Part shown: positions 16,750-27,087 of the stretch, piece by piece
Layout: each line of letters starts with the position of its first letter
How positions within the stretch are numbered: position 1 is the stretch's first letter
Origin: a virus
Taxonomy: Duplodnaviria > Caudoviricetes
DNA: 43,168 nucleotides
Virus record (IMG/VR): IMGVR_UViG_3300025103_000048
Span: 1-43,168 of that record
Reading direction: 5' to 3' (one strand)
Program-made: the position numbers and the translations under genes
Notes under the pieces: model-generated
Seen by the model: only the letters and a program-made list of their open reading frames with translations
Database searches by the model: none
Told to the model about the DNA's origin: nothing

Positions 16750-19259
16750 TGGCAGAAAGAGGCGCAGACTTAAAATATATTATTGGTTTTCAATCCAATG
16801 ATACTCCTGTTGTTCAGGCCACCAAGTCCCTTAATAAGCTAGTGGCTCAAGAAAAGCTTTTAAATAAAGCCTTTAAAGAAAATCTCATCTCTTCAGCTAT
16901 CTATAAGAAAGGTATTAAAGAGGTCAGGGAAGAGGTTAACAGGCTTAAAACTGCTGTGGCAGCAGGGGGTGCTGCACTAGATAAATATAATGCTGGTTTA
17001 GTTCAATCTAAGAATAAGATGAACAAGTTTGGCATGGTATCCCAACAAGTGGGTTATCAAGTAGGTGACTTCTTTGTACAGGTTCAGTCTGGTACAAGTG
17101 CCTTAGTAGCCTTTGGACAACAAGGTACTCAGTTAGCTGGGTTGTTACCGGGAGTGACAGGTGCTGTTGTAGGTATCTCTCTTGCTGTAGGTACGATGCT
17201 TGCTAGGTCTTTTATGGAGGCCAACCAAGAATTAGAGCCGCTTATTGATAGATTACAAGAGTTACCCTCCCTATACGATGATATAGATAACATCTCTACT
17301 ACCCTCTCAGGATCAATAGTCTTACCTTGGATGGAAGGTGCTGCAGCTATTGATGTTTATCTAGCTAAACTACAAGAGACTAAACAACAAGATATATCAA
17401 AAACACTAGGTGACCTACTTGGTCAAAGGGCTGGCCTCTTTTCTGTAAAGGGTGCTCGATCTGCACTTGGGATTAGCTCTGGTGCGATTGGATTAGGTGC
17501 AGGTTTTGAAGACGCTATAGCTGAAGCAAAGGAAGAAATACAAGAACTAAAAGATATTTTGTCACTGGGTTATACCACAAAAGCTACAGAAGGTGGTTTA
17601 ATTGTAAGTGTAGAGGGTGAGATAGAACGACTACAAGGCCGTATAGTAGAACTTAAGGCTGAGTATACAGATTTAAAAGCTGCCTTTCTTGAACCTGATA
17701 TGGAGAAAAAGATTTCCAGTATCCTGAGTCTAAGGCAGGAGTACGTTGAGACCCTTGGTGACGACTCTACTGCTGTGGCTGCTATAGATGAACTTATTAA
17801 AGAAGCAGGTCTTACAGAAGAAATTTTAAAGACGAGGGAAAAACAATTAGAAGTTGCTGAAGACCTCTTAGAGTTAGAAAATGATGCTATTAAAGGTATA
17901 AATAAATTCTACAACAGAGAAAAGAAGGAACAAGATAAAGCTGCAGCTAGACAAGCTAAGTTACTTAAGTCTGCTCAAGACCAATTAGCTGTAGAGAAAC
18001 TACGACTCACCAGTTTACAAGGTTATAATTCTGAAGGTGAAAAGACTCAGGATATTCTTGATGCAGAGGTGGCACTTGCTGCAGAGATAGTTAAAAAGAA
18101 GTGGGAACAGAAGTTTGCACTTAATGGAATCTCTCAAGAAGAGCAGAAGTTAATAGCTGCCTTAGTAGATCAAGCGGAGCTACAAGAAAGAGCAGAACAG
18201 AGCATAAAGAAAGCTAAAGATGATGCTAGAGAGTTTGCTAAAGAGATGGCAAGTGCTGCCAGAGCTTCAGAGAAACTAGCTAACTTCTTAGGCAAGAGTG
18301 ATGACAAACTACCAGCTCTTAGGGCTAAACTTTCTGTACTTAGGGCTGGAGGTTCTAGGGGAGAAGCTGACATTGCTGGTGCAAGGGCTGGTGCTAAGTC
18401 TGCCCTTTCTGAACAACTTGGAAGTATGCCTTACGGACCAGATAGGGCAAAAATAGAAGCGGTTTATATTGCAAACAAGACAGAAGAAGCTAGGCTACAG
18501 GCAGAGATTAATGAGCTTCTAAAGACTAAGAAAGAACTCACAAATATAAAAGACGACATAAGAGATGCAGAAGAAAAGCTAAAACTTGATAGGGCTAGTG
18601 TCTTTGCTACAAGAGAAGAAATTGGTTATCTGACTATTTTAAGAGATTTAAAACAGGCTAATAAAGATGCCGACATAGGTATGGACCCAAGTGCTCTTGA
18701 CAAAACAGCTAAGAGGCTTGCCCAATACCAAGAAGAGACAAAACACCTAGAAGACCTCAGAGACCTAACAACAGATTGGGCGCAATCTTTTGGTGATGCT
18801 ATTGTATCTGTAGTAGATGGAACAGAAAAGGCTAAAGATGCATTTAACAATCTGGCCTTAGCTATAGTTAAAGACCTCTATGATATATTCGTAGTTAAAC
18901 AGATTACTGGTTTTATTACTGGTACGGTAGGCAGTACTTGGTCTGATTTAGGAAAAGTAGGTGCTCCTTCTATGGGGGATTTTGATGGTGGTGGTTACAC
19001 AGGTAACGGCCCAAGGTCAGGTGGCCTTGATGGTAAGGGTGGCTTTATGGCTATGCTGCACCCAAGGGAGACTGTTGTTGACCACACCAAAGGTGGAAGC
19101 TCTGGTGTTGTAGTCAACCAGACAATCAATGTAAGCACTGGTGTACAACAGACTGTACGTGCTGAAGTTATGGGACTTATGCCACAGATTGCAGCCGCCT
19201 CTAAAGGAGCTGTCCTAGATGCCAAGAGGCGTGGCGGTGCATATGCAGGAGCGTTTTAA
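16749..19259 (+). CDS. tape measure protein
   Basis: ATG 16749 coupled by TAATG; QQVGYQVGDF.VQ..SG....AF.QQG.QL motif; long coiled coil; C-terminal FDGGGYTG..GG.DGKGGF.A.LHP.E.V. Confidence 0.9.
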   Translation: MAERGADLKYIIGFQSNDTPVVQATKSLNKLVAQEKLLNKAFKENLISSAIYKKGIKEVREEVNRLKTAVAAGGAALDKYNAGLVQSKNKMNKFGMVSQQVGYQVGDFFVQVQSGTSALVAFGQQGTQLAGLLPGVTGAVVGISLAVGTMLARSFMEANQELEPLIDRLQELPSLYDDIDNISTTLSGSIVLPWMEGAAAIDVYLAKLQETKQQDISKTLGDLLGQRAGLFSVKGARSALGISSGAIGLGAGFEDAIAEAKEEIQELKDILSLGYTTKATEGGLIVSVEGEIERLQGRIVELKAEYTDLKAAFLEPDMEKKISSILSLRQEYVETLGDDSTAVAAIDELIKEAGLTEEILKTREKQLEVAEDLLELENDAIKGINKFYNREKKEQDKAAARQAKLLKSAQDQLAVEKLRLTSLQGYNSEGEKTQDILDAEVALAAEIVKKKWEQKFALNGISQEEQKLIAALVDQAELQERAEQSIKKAKDDAREFAKEMASAARASEKLANFLGKSDDKLPALRAKLSVLRAGGSRGEADIAGARAGAKSALSEQLGSMPYGPDRAKIEAVYIANKTEEARLQAEINELLKTKKELTNIKDDIRDAEEKLKLDRASVFATREEIGYLTILRDLKQANKDADIGMDPSALDKTAKRLAQYQEETKHLEDLRDLTTDWAQSFGDAIVSVVDGTEKAKDAFNNLALAIVKDLYDIFVVKQITGFITGTVGSTWSDLGKVGAPSMGDFDGGGYTGNGPRSGGLDGKGGFMAMLHPRETVVDHTKGGSSGVVVNQTINVSTGVQQTVRAEVMGLMPQIAAASKGAVLDAKRRGGAYAGAF

Positions 19260-19882
19260 TGGCAATTACCTACCCACTAACTCTACCCACTAACATAGGG
19301 TTTTCTTCCTTAACTCTTAGGGCTGTTAACCAGACAGCTATGACTATGAGTCCTTTTACTTATAAACAACAAGTACACAACCACTCTGGTCAGCGTTGGG
19401 AAGCAGAACTACAGTTACCACCTATGAAGTACGAAGATGCTGAAGTATGGTTAGCTTGGTTACTTAGCCTTAATGGAAGAGCAGGTACGTTTCTTATGGG
19501 AGACCCTAACAGGGCTACAGCCAGAGGAACTCCTACAGGTACACCTCTAGTTAAAGGTTCGGGTCAAACTGGCTCTTCCCTAACTATTGATGGTTGTACT
19601 CCTACCACTGCTGGGTGGTTAAAGGCTGGAGACTACATCCAACTAGGTACTGGTGCTTCTGCTACACTCCACAAGGTACTGCAAGATGTTGATGTAGCTG
19701 CAAACGGAGAGGGTGAGCTAGACTTATGGCCTTCAATAAGGACTGCCCCTGCAGACGACAGTACTGTTATTGTTTCTAATACCGTTGGTAGGTGGAGACT
19801 TAATTCTGGGCAGCAGGACTGGTCTATTGATAATGCTTCTTTCTATGGAATAACTTTTGCTGCTGTAGAGGCTATCACATGA
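19259..19882 (+). CDS. distal tail protein (Dit-like)
   Basis: SPFT..QQ....G.RW...L.LPP, L.GR.GTF..GDP; directly after TMP. Confidence 0.7.
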   Translation: MAITYPLTLPTNIGFSSLTLRAVNQTAMTMSPFTYKQQVHNHSGQRWEAELQLPPMKYEDAEVWLAWLLSLNGRAGTFLMGDPNRATARGTPTGTPLVKGSGQTGSSLTIDGCTPTTAGWLKAGDYIQLGTGASATLHKVLQDVDVAANGEGELDLWPSIRTAPADDSTVIVSNTVGRWRLNSGQQDWSIDNASFYGITFAAVEAIT

Positions 19883-20577
19883 GTAGGGATATCTCTGACA
19901 TAAGCTCAGGTATCTTAGAACCAGAAATTTACCCTTTCTTTACTGTAGAGTTAATGTTTGACACTACTACAGTTGTACACAATGAGGAGACTATTAATGT
20001 TACTCCCTTGTATTTCTGGACAGGTCTAGGTGATCTGACTGTAGGTTCTACTACTTATACAGGTACAGGAAACCTGATGAGTATCTCAGAGGTTACAGAG
20101 ACAGCAGATATTTCAGCAGCAGGAGCCACTATAAGCCTTACAGGTATTCCTACAGAAATAATTGCTATGGCTCTGAAGACCCCTTACCAAGGACGAATTT
20201 GTAGGATTAAGTTTGGTCTTCTTAATGGTCAGACTAACTTGTTGTTAAAAGAAGACTCAGATCAACTCCTCCTAGAAAACCTTGATGGAATAGACGTAGG
20301 CTCTGCAGGTGGGTTAAACACCCTATTTGTAGGTTACATGGATCAGATGAATATCGACGAAGGTCCAGAGACTTCTACTATTGCCTTAGCAGTAGAAAGT
20401 AAGTTGATTGATTTAGAAAGACCTAGGATCAACAGATATACTTCTGGTAGTCAAAAGTCTAGGTTTGCTGGAGACAAAGCCTTTGACTTTATACCTGATT
20501 TGCAGGACAGGCCTCTAGCTTGGGGAAGAGACCACAGTCTATCAAAGCGTGAGCGTGATATAGTTGAAAACCAATAA
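19879..20577 (+). CDS. tail hub/minor tail protein
   Basis: WTG.GDL, Y.G.G.L, LF.G.MD.M, S.LIDL.RP...RYT..SQ...F.GD..F.F motifs. Confidence 0.7.
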   Translation: MSRDISDISSGILEPEIYPFFTVELMFDTTTVVHNEETINVTPLYFWTGLGDLTVGSTTYTGTGNLMSISEVTETADISAAGATISLTGIPTEIIAMALKTPYQGRICRIKFGLLNGQTNLLLKEDSDQLLLENLDGIDVGSAGGLNTLFVGYMDQMNIDEGPETSTIALAVESKLIDLERPRINRYTSGSQKSRFAGDKAFDFIPDLQDRPLAWGRDHSLSKRERDIVENQ

Positions 20578-20986
20578 TTGGGAAATCCGTCTTGCTGAGT
20601 ATGTAGAACAAGCAAGATATATCCCTTTTGAATGGGGTAAGCACGACTGCATAACCTTTGCTAACAATGCTCTTAAGTGTCAGGTGGGTTATGGTTTTGC
20701 TGATGGGCATCTAACTGGGTACAAGACTGCCCTAGGTGCATCAAAGAAGTACATAGAATGGTTAAGAAAAAGTAAGTACCACAGCCTTACAGATGCCCTT
20801 GATAATATACTAAGTAGGGTAAGGCTTAAATTCCCACCTAGGGGTGCTGTAGTTGCTATGCCTATAGAAGGTGTCCTACCCCTTTCCTTTGGTGTTGTAG
20901 TCAGCCAGTACTGTGTGTTCGTAGGAGAAGAAGGATTAATCTTTATGAGACCTCAAGATGACTTTATGTTTTGGGAGGCTAAATGA
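20564..20986 (+). CDS. NlpC/P60-like tail assembly protein
   Basis: PFEWGKHDCITFA motif; between hub and J; TTG start. Confidence 0.7.
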   Translation: MKTNNWEIRLAEYVEQARYIPFEWGKHDCITFANNALKCQVGYGFADGHLTGYKTALGASKKYIEWLRKSKYHSLTDALDNILSRVRLKFPPRGAVVAMPIEGVLPLSFGVVVSQYCVFVGEEGLIFMRPQDDFMFWEAK

Positions 20987-23673
20987 CTCTTAGAGGACTA
21001 TATAGTAGCTCTTCATTCTTAGACCAGATGCCCTTTGGCCCTAGGTCATGGATGAAAGATATACCACAAGACCCTGTGACTTTGCTTGTAGCTGCTACGT
21101 CTACTGCGTCTACAGTTGCGGCAGGTGGTACAATACTTGGATATACTGCATTTGGTTTGACTGCAGGTTGGACATCTATAGCTGCCACCTTTGCCTTTAA
21201 TGCCGCCCTAGGTTATGCTCTTAATGCCCTTACTCCTAAGCCTAAAGCACAGACTCCTGCAGCAGACAGAGGCTACCAAGTAAATGGACTTGCTGCTGCT
21301 GGACCTACTGCTACTATCTACGGCGAGACTAAAGTTGGTGGTGTCGTCTTCTATCAAGAGACTACAACTCAAGACAAGTATTTGCACAGATGTATAGCCC
21401 TAGCTGGACATGAGATTGACTCTATTGTTTCTATCTACCTAAATGATGAGCTAGTAACCTTAGACAGTAATGGATATGTTATTGCCCCTGTTAAATACTA
21501 CCCAGACAGTACGTCACTTGTAAGGATTAATACACATCTAGGTACAGACACTCAGGCTGCAGACTCTGATCTGATTAGTGAGAGTGATGGTCACTGGACT
21601 ACAGACCACAGAGCAAGGGGTGTTGCCTACATTTATGCCAGATTTGAGTATAATGCAGATGCCTTTCCTAATGGTGTACCCACGGTTACTGCGATCCTTA
21701 AAGGTAAAAAAGTATACGATCCTAGAACTGCTGCTACTACTTACTCTAACAATGCAGCTTTGTGCCTAAGAGATTATCTGGTGTCTGCAAACTTGGCTGA
21801 CACTTCTACAGAAATAGACGACAACCTGTTTGCTGCTGCTGCTAATGTCTGTGATGAAGATGTATCCCTGCTTATTACTGGTACACAGAAGCGGTATACA
21901 ACTAACGGCACATTTACTTCTGATGCCAGTCCCAATGATGTTATAAGCAACCTCTTAGGTTCTATGGGCGGTATGATCTGGTACTCCCAAGGTAAGTGGG
22001 GTTGTAAGGCAGCAAGTTGGACTACTGCAGTAAAGACCCTTAATGAGGACGACCTTAGATCAAGCCTTGAGATACAGACTAGGAGGTCAAGAAGAGATGC
22101 CTTTAATAAAGTAAGTGGTATCTTTAGGGGTCCAACTAGTAACTACGTTGAGACTAATTATCCTACGTTGTCTGTACCAGAATTTGTTACGGTGGATGGT
22201 GGCTTCGAGACTGAGCTAGAGATGAGCCTACCCTTTGTAGATACACCACAACAAGCTCAACGTATCTCTAAGATTGCCTTATACAGAAACCGTGAGCAGC
22301 TTAGGATCAGTGGTTCTTTTGGTATGGAAGCAATGGCTCTAACTGTAGGTGACATTGTTAACATTACTAATAGTCGTCTAGGGTTTTCTTCTAAACCATT
22401 TGAAGTAGTAGAATGGCGCTTTGGTCTTTCCGCAGAGATGACGTTAGAAGTTTCTATGGTTTTACAGGAACTCAGTAGTGCAGTCTTTGACTGGAACGCA
22501 GACGAGACTACCTTTGAGACAAATAACACTAGTCTATTAAGTCCCTTTGATGTTCCCGGAGTTTCTGTAACTCTAAGTCAAGAGTATCGAATTGTTAATG
22601 AACATATAAACAACATACTTGTAGTTAATGTAGGTTCTGCAGGAACAGAAGCTAGGGTAGATTATGTAGAAGTATTTTATAAAAGGTCTACTGACAGTGA
22701 GTATAGTGTTTTAGGTATAGGAGAACTGGGAAGATTTGAGATACTTGATATTGATGTACCTCTAGCTGATGATCCTACTAGTATTACCTACGAAATAAGG
22801 GCAAGAGCTGTTAATGCTTTAGGAGTTAAGGGTTCTTTTACCCACCAATCCAGAGTTATCGAAAGAGATACCACTGGCCCTAGTGCTCCTACTAATCTTA
22901 GTAAGCAGTTATCTGGTGGTACTCTATTCTTAAACTGGGATGCCTCTCCTGATCTTGATCTTAGTTTCTATAGGATATACCACAGCTCAAACACTTCTAC
23001 TACTTTAGGAAACTCTCAAGTTATTATTAGTAAGGTTGCGAGGCCAGCTACTTCTGTTTCCTATCCTGCTGTTTCTGGTAAGTTCTTTATAGTTCCTTAC
23101 GACAAAACAGGTAATGCAGGTTCAGAAGCAAGTCTTATTATAGGCCCCTCAGACTTGCCAGTGTTAGGCATAACTCTAACTGATACAGATAATCCTGCCT
23201 TTAATGGTACTAAGACTAATATAACTAAGATAGCTAGTGGCACTTATGCAGGACATCTTCAGCTAACATCTTATTCCTCTTCTGGCTCTGCTGGCACTTA
23301 TGAGTTTGATGGCTACTTAGATACTTCTACTGTACGTACAGTCAGGGTTTCAAATGAAGTCACCTCTATAAGACACCACGCTAACGCTACAAGTGGACAA
23401 GTTAATTGGGATGACATAACTGGTAATTGGGACACTTGGCCTAATAACTTCGATGATTGGTCAGACGAAAGTCAGCCTATGGAGGATGTAGCTGTGGGTT
23501 TGTATGTAGCCTCTACTGACGACGACCCATCAGGTTCTCCTACTTGGAGCAGTTGGGTTGTAGCAGCAGGGGAAATTACAGGAAGGGCCTTTAAGTTTAA
23601 GGCAGAGCTTTCTAATAGTTCAGCTAACGTAACGCCAAGTGTCTCAGTCCTGAAAGGAACAGTGGAGTACTAA
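20983..23673 (+). CDS. tail tip attachment protein J / central fibre
   Basis: IYGETKVGG, G.P..TA..KG.KVYDPR, N.ALCLRDYL; FN3-like domains (YEIRARAVN, P.APTNL..L.W). Confidence 0.88.
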   Translation: MTLRGLYSSSSFLDQMPFGPRSWMKDIPQDPVTLLVAATSTASTVAAGGTILGYTAFGLTAGWTSIAATFAFNAALGYALNALTPKPKAQTPAADRGYQVNGLAAAGPTATIYGETKVGGVVFYQETTTQDKYLHRCIALAGHEIDSIVSIYLNDELVTLDSNGYVIAPVKYYPDSTSLVRINTHLGTDTQAADSDLISESDGHWTTDHRARGVAYIYARFEYNADAFPNGVPTVTAILKGKKVYDPRTAATTYSNNAALCLRDYLVSANLADTSTEIDDNLFAAAANVCDEDVSLLITGTQKRYTTNGTFTSDASPNDVISNLLGSMGGMIWYSQGKWGCKAASWTTAVKTLNEDDLRSSLEIQTRRSRRDAFNKVSGIFRGPTSNYVETNYPTLSVPEFVTVDGGFETELEMSLPFVDTPQQAQRISKIALYRNREQLRISGSFGMEAMALTVGDIVNITNSRLGFSSKPFEVVEWRFGLSAEMTLEVSMVLQELSSAVFDWNADETTFETNNTSLLSPFDVPGVSVTLSQEYRIVNEHINNILVVNVGSAGTEARVDYVEVFYKRSTDSEYSVLGIGELGRFEILDIDVPLADDPTSITYEIRARAVNALGVKGSFTHQSRVIERDTTGPSAPTNLSKQLSGGTLFLNWDASPDLDLSFYRIYHSSNTSTTLGNSQVIISKVARPATSVSYPAVSGKFFIVPYDKTGNAGSEASLIIGPSDLPVLGITLTDTDNPAFNGTKTNITKIASGTYAGHLQLTSYSSSGSAGTYEFDGYLDTSTVRTVRVSNEVTSIRHHANATSGQVNWDDITGNWDTWPNNFDDWSDESQPMEDVAVGLYVASTDDDPSGSPTWSSWVVAAGEITGRAFKFKAELSNSSANVTPSVSVLKGTVEY

Positions 23674-23674
23674 T

Positions 23675-24046
23675 ATGAGTCAACATGATTTTGAAATAGC
23701 CAACCAGACATCTAATAATGCTAGGACAGATATAAACAATGCCCTGCAAGCTTTAGCTTCTAGTAGTTCTGGTACAAGTGCTCCGGGCACAACTTATGCA
23801 AACCAACTCTGGTATGATACAAACAGTAATCTTCTTAAGATTAGGAATGAAGCAAACTCTGCTTGGATTACTATAGGTGAAGTAGACCAGTCTAACAGCA
23901 GATTTAATCCTATTGTAGGAAGTTGGAAAATGCTTTTGTCAGGAACCTCTCTAGTTTTCCAATATAATGGAGCTAATAAAGGTAAGATAGATGCAAGTGG
24001 TAATCTTACTGTGGTAGGGAACGTAACAGCTAACGGAACGGTTTAA
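23675..24046 (+). CDS. short tail fibre protein
   Basis: MSQHDFEIANQ..AR.DINNALQAL, APGT.YANQLWYDT..LKIRN..W. Confidence 0.65.
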   Translation: MSQHDFEIANQTSNNARTDINNALQALASSSSGTSAPGTTYANQLWYDTNSNLLKIRNEANSAWITIGEVDQSNSRFNPIVGSWKMLLSGTSLVFQYNGANKGKIDASGNLTVVGNVTANGTV

Positions 24047-24732
24047 TGGTTTTACCTACCAGTGGCACTATTAGCTTAGAAAACATCCAGACAGAACATG
24101 GTGGTTCTGACCCTATTGGCTTGACAGAGTACAACAGAGGTGGAGCCTACGTAGATGATATTACCCCTAACATACCTGTAGCTACGAGTGCCTCTGCACA
24201 GATTTCTATAGAAGACTTCTATGGTACTAGGGAGTCTGAGTCATACACTCAAGCTATGTATAATATAAACACATATTACTTTTGGCAGCTTTGTGGTTAT
24301 GGTTCTTGGTCAAGTACTCCTAATGAATCATGGTTCTTTGTTAAGACTGCAAACTCTTATTCTATCAATTTTAGTGTACCCTTTAACAATTTTGATATTA
24401 CTGTACCTGCTATGACTATCAGGATACGTTCTGATAATGCAGACCAAGGTCAAGCTGCTGATGATTACTCTGGTATAAAAAATCCCGGATATGGTCTATA
24501 CAACAATTATGGGGGATTAGTAACAAGTAATAGGGGCAATGCAACTAGCTTAGATAGTGAATCTGCTATTAATGTAAGTGTACCTGCCCTATCAGCTACT
24601 ACTCTTTCTGCTGGTGTTTACTACCTAAGATGGATAGCTGATATCTACAGAAGAAATGACAGTGCTCCTATGGTTTGGTTTGATATTGTTTCTAGTACTG
24701 CAAGTCGTACCGCAAGTTGGGTTTCCTCATGA
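24046..24732 (+). CDS. putative receptor-binding/tip protein
   Basis: LPTSG.ISL..IQ.E.GG..PI.L.EY...IS..DFYG adhesin-type N-terminus; coupled TAATG. Confidence 0.6.
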   Translation: MVLPTSGTISLENIQTEHGGSDPIGLTEYNRGGAYVDDITPNIPVATSASAQISIEDFYGTRESESYTQAMYNINTYYFWQLCGYGSWSSTPNESWFFVKTANSYSINFSVPFNNFDITVPAMTIRIRSDNADQGQAADDYSGIKNPGYGLYNNYGGLVTSNRGNATSLDSESAINVSVPALSATTLSAGVYYLRWIADIYRRNDSAPMVWFDIVSSTASRTASWVSS

Positions 24733-25322
24733 TCTTAGAAAAATATAACTTTTCTGAAGAGTTACATAATAGTATCAGTGTAGTTATAGTGGCTTCTAGG
24801 CAAGGTCAGGCTACAACAGCTATAGGTATACCCAGTAGAAATGCTGTGGAACTCTTTAGGCAACTACAGGCTCCCATTACAAATAAATTAGTAGAACTCT
24901 TTAGTTTAGCTGAAACTGTAATTATTGATTTAGACAGTATTAGCCAAGACGTAGTAAGGTTTTATATAAAAGCTATAAGAGGTAACACAAGTAAGTTTCC
25001 TTTTAATGCCCCTGCTCCAGATGATACTCAAAAGTTTCTTGGTCTAGGTTTCTTTGTAGATAAGACAAAAGAAGAAGTAAACCAGTACAAGCACTATTAC
25101 ATAGAGCACGAAAATCCGCTTAACCTACACAACTATAAGTTTTCCCCAGACGGAGCTTTTCTAGGAGAGTACACTGAGAGAGAAAGCAACGGAGACAGCT
25201 TCACTGAATTAGCTAGTGGAGTAGACACCTCTAGTTGGAAGATACAGTATAGCGAGAGAATTGATGTAGATCAAAAGTACCTGATCTTAAAGCCTCGCAA
25301 CTTAACCCCTGCAAGGATATAA
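24729..25322 (+). CDS. hypothetical protein
   Basis: ATG 24729 in ATGA overlap; 197 aa; no motif recognised. Confidence 0.65.
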   Translation: MILEKYNFSEELHNSISVVIVASRQGQATTAIGIPSRNAVELFRQLQAPITNKLVELFSLAETVIIDLDSISQDVVRFYIKAIRGNTSKFPFNAPAPDDTQKFLGLGFFVDKTKEEVNQYKHYYIEHENPLNLHNYKFSPDGAFLGEYTERESNGDSFTELASGVDTSSWKIQYSERIDVDQKYLILKPRNLTPARI

Positions 25323-25323
25323 A

Positions 25324-26139
25324 ATGGCTAACCAAAAGATATCAGAACTCACAGCTTTACTAGGGTCTAACGTAGCTGACGATGATCCCCTTGCTATAGT
25401 TGATACCTCTACTACAGAGACTAAAAAGATAAACTTCTCTGAATTAAGTAGTGCATTAAATACATCTATTACTACAATACCTACAAGTGGTACAATTTTT
25501 GATTTTCGGGTAGGGTCTTCTTCAATAGGAAGTATAGGGGCAATTTATGGAGACCCATACTTTAGTAATGGTACTAAAAGCCTTTACTTGGTCGGCTCCA
25601 CTGTAATGCCTAGAGATGGTTCAGGCGGTCAAGCAAATGATGACGTTAACTTAGGCAATAGTGCTAACCGCTTCCAAGACCTCTACCTATCAGGCGGCGT
25701 CTATCTCGGGGGAACTGGGTCGGCTAATAAGCTGGAGGACTATGAGGAGGGGACTTGGACGGTTAATTTTCAAGATGTTTCGGGAAACACTTCTAGCACA
25801 ACTGGTACTGGTTACTATGTAAAAATAGGAAGTCTTGTAGACATTAACTTCTATGTGGTTAACATTTCTGCAGCAGGTATGGTTTCTGGCGACAGCTTTA
25901 AGTTCACTTTACCGTTTTCAGGAAATGCGGGTAACTATTCGATTGGCAGTGTAATAGCTGACACTTTCAATTTTTCATCTGGAAGGACACAGATAAACGC
26001 ACGTACTGAAACATCTACTGCCATAGGAGTCTTAAAGGGGACAGGAGACAATGTTACCGACGATGCAGTAACTTGGGGAGAAATTACAAGTGGAACATCA
26101 GACCTTTTTGTAAGTGTAACCTACAAGACATCAGCATAA
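25324..26139 (+). CDS. tail fibre protein
   Basis: MANQKISEL...IVD...ETKK N-terminus; LG.S..RF.DLYLSGGVYLGGTG.AN.L.DYEEGTWT; Y.KIG..V; LPF. Confidence 0.75.
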   Translation: MANQKISELTALLGSNVADDDPLAIVDTSTTETKKINFSELSSALNTSITTIPTSGTIFDFRVGSSSIGSIGAIYGDPYFSNGTKSLYLVGSTVMPRDGSGGQANDDVNLGNSANRFQDLYLSGGVYLGGTGSANKLEDYEEGTWTVNFQDVSGNTSSTTGTGYYVKIGSLVDINFYVVNISAAGMVSGDSFKFTLPFSGNAGNYSIGSVIADTFNFSSGRTQINARTETSTAIGVLKGTGDNVTDDAVTWGEITSGTSDLFVSVTYKTSA

Positions 26140-26187
26140 CCCACTGCATAGCTTTGGGTCGGACAGTCCAACCATCACAGGAGATAA

Positions 26188-26439
26188 ATGATGGCACTAA
26201 CAGAAGAAACAGTACAAGACAAAATAGAGATTGTGGGTGACTACAAGCATGTGCAAGTGCGTACTGCAACGGTCATCAAGCGTGACGGCACAGAGATCAG
26301 CCGTGGCTTCTCACGCCATGTAGTTGCACCAGATGCAGACATCACAGGTGAAAGCACAGAGGTTCAAGCCATCTGTAACGCAGTTCACACCCAAGCGGTC
26401 AAAGATGCCTACGCCGCACACTTAGCAGCACAGGAGTAA
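26188..26439 (+). CDS. small fibre-associated protein (possible chaperone)
   Basis: AGGAG RBS; DKIEIVG....QVR.AT.I.RDG.E.SR.F.RHV pattern; follows DYEEG-type fibre. Confidence 0.6.
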   Translation: MMALTEETVQDKIEIVGDYKHVQVRTATVIKRDGTEISRGFSRHVVAPDADITGESTEVQAICNAVHTQAVKDAYAAHLAAQE

Positions 26440-26443
26440 TAGA

Positions 26444-26824
26444 ATGAGTTTTAAACTAGGTACACGTAGCCGACAAAATCTATCAGGTGTACATCCTGAC
26501 ATGGTAGCTGTAGTAGAAAAAGCCTTAGAGCTAAGTGAAGTTGACTTTACAGTTATCGAAGGTGTTAGGAACATTGAACGTCAGAGGCAACTGTTAGCTG
26601 ATGGTAAATCTACCACACTAAAGTCTAGACACCTCACAGGTCATGCAGTAGACATGGTTCCTTGGCCTGTAGACTGGGAAGACCTAGAACGCTTTGAGGC
26701 TATGGCTAAAGCTATGAAGGCTGCAGCTAAAGAATTAGAAGTCCCAATTATTTGGGGAGGCGACTGGAAGACCTTCTATGATGCACCTCACTTTGAGTTG
26801 AATAAGAAGAAGTACCCAGCATGA
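26444..26824 (+). CDS. endolysin, M15 family (L-Ala-D-Glu peptidase-like)
   Basis: EGVR...RQ, SRHLTGHAVD, WGGDW..FYDAPHFEL Zn-peptidase motifs. Confidence 0.92.
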   Translation: MSFKLGTRSRQNLSGVHPDMVAVVEKALELSEVDFTVIEGVRNIERQRQLLADGKSTTLKSRHLTGHAVDMVPWPVDWEDLERFEAMAKAMKAAAKELEVPIIWGGDWKTFYDAPHFELNKKKYPA

Positions 26825-27087
26825 TGTCAGATGATAGCTGGCATTTATCCAAGAGCGTTCCTATTACTCTTATTGTAGGGCTGATTACACAAGGTGCAGC
26901 TATAGTCTGGACTGTAAGTATGATGATGTCTGACATTGATAAGAACGCTCAGGAACTCCGCAAGGTAGAAATCCGACTGACTAAGGTAGAGGATGCTGTA
27001 CAAGAACAAGCAATCTCTATGGCTAGGATAGATGAGAACATAAAAGCGATCCGAGGCTTTGTAGAAAGAATAGCTAACAAAGAATGA
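26821..27087 (+). CDS. membrane protein, holin candidate (1 TM plus coiled coil)
   Basis: Hydrophobic VPITLIVGLITQGAAIVWTV; overlaps endolysin stop. Confidence 0.5.
   Translation: MMSDDSWHLSKSVPITLIVGLITQGAAIVWTVSMMMSDIDKNAQELRKVEIRLTKVEDAVQEQAISMARIDENIKAIRGFVERIANKE

Noticed and set aside
26153-26175. GGAC-A-GTCC dyad before the fibre-associated gene
   Set aside because: Single short instance with no supporting copy; could be chance.
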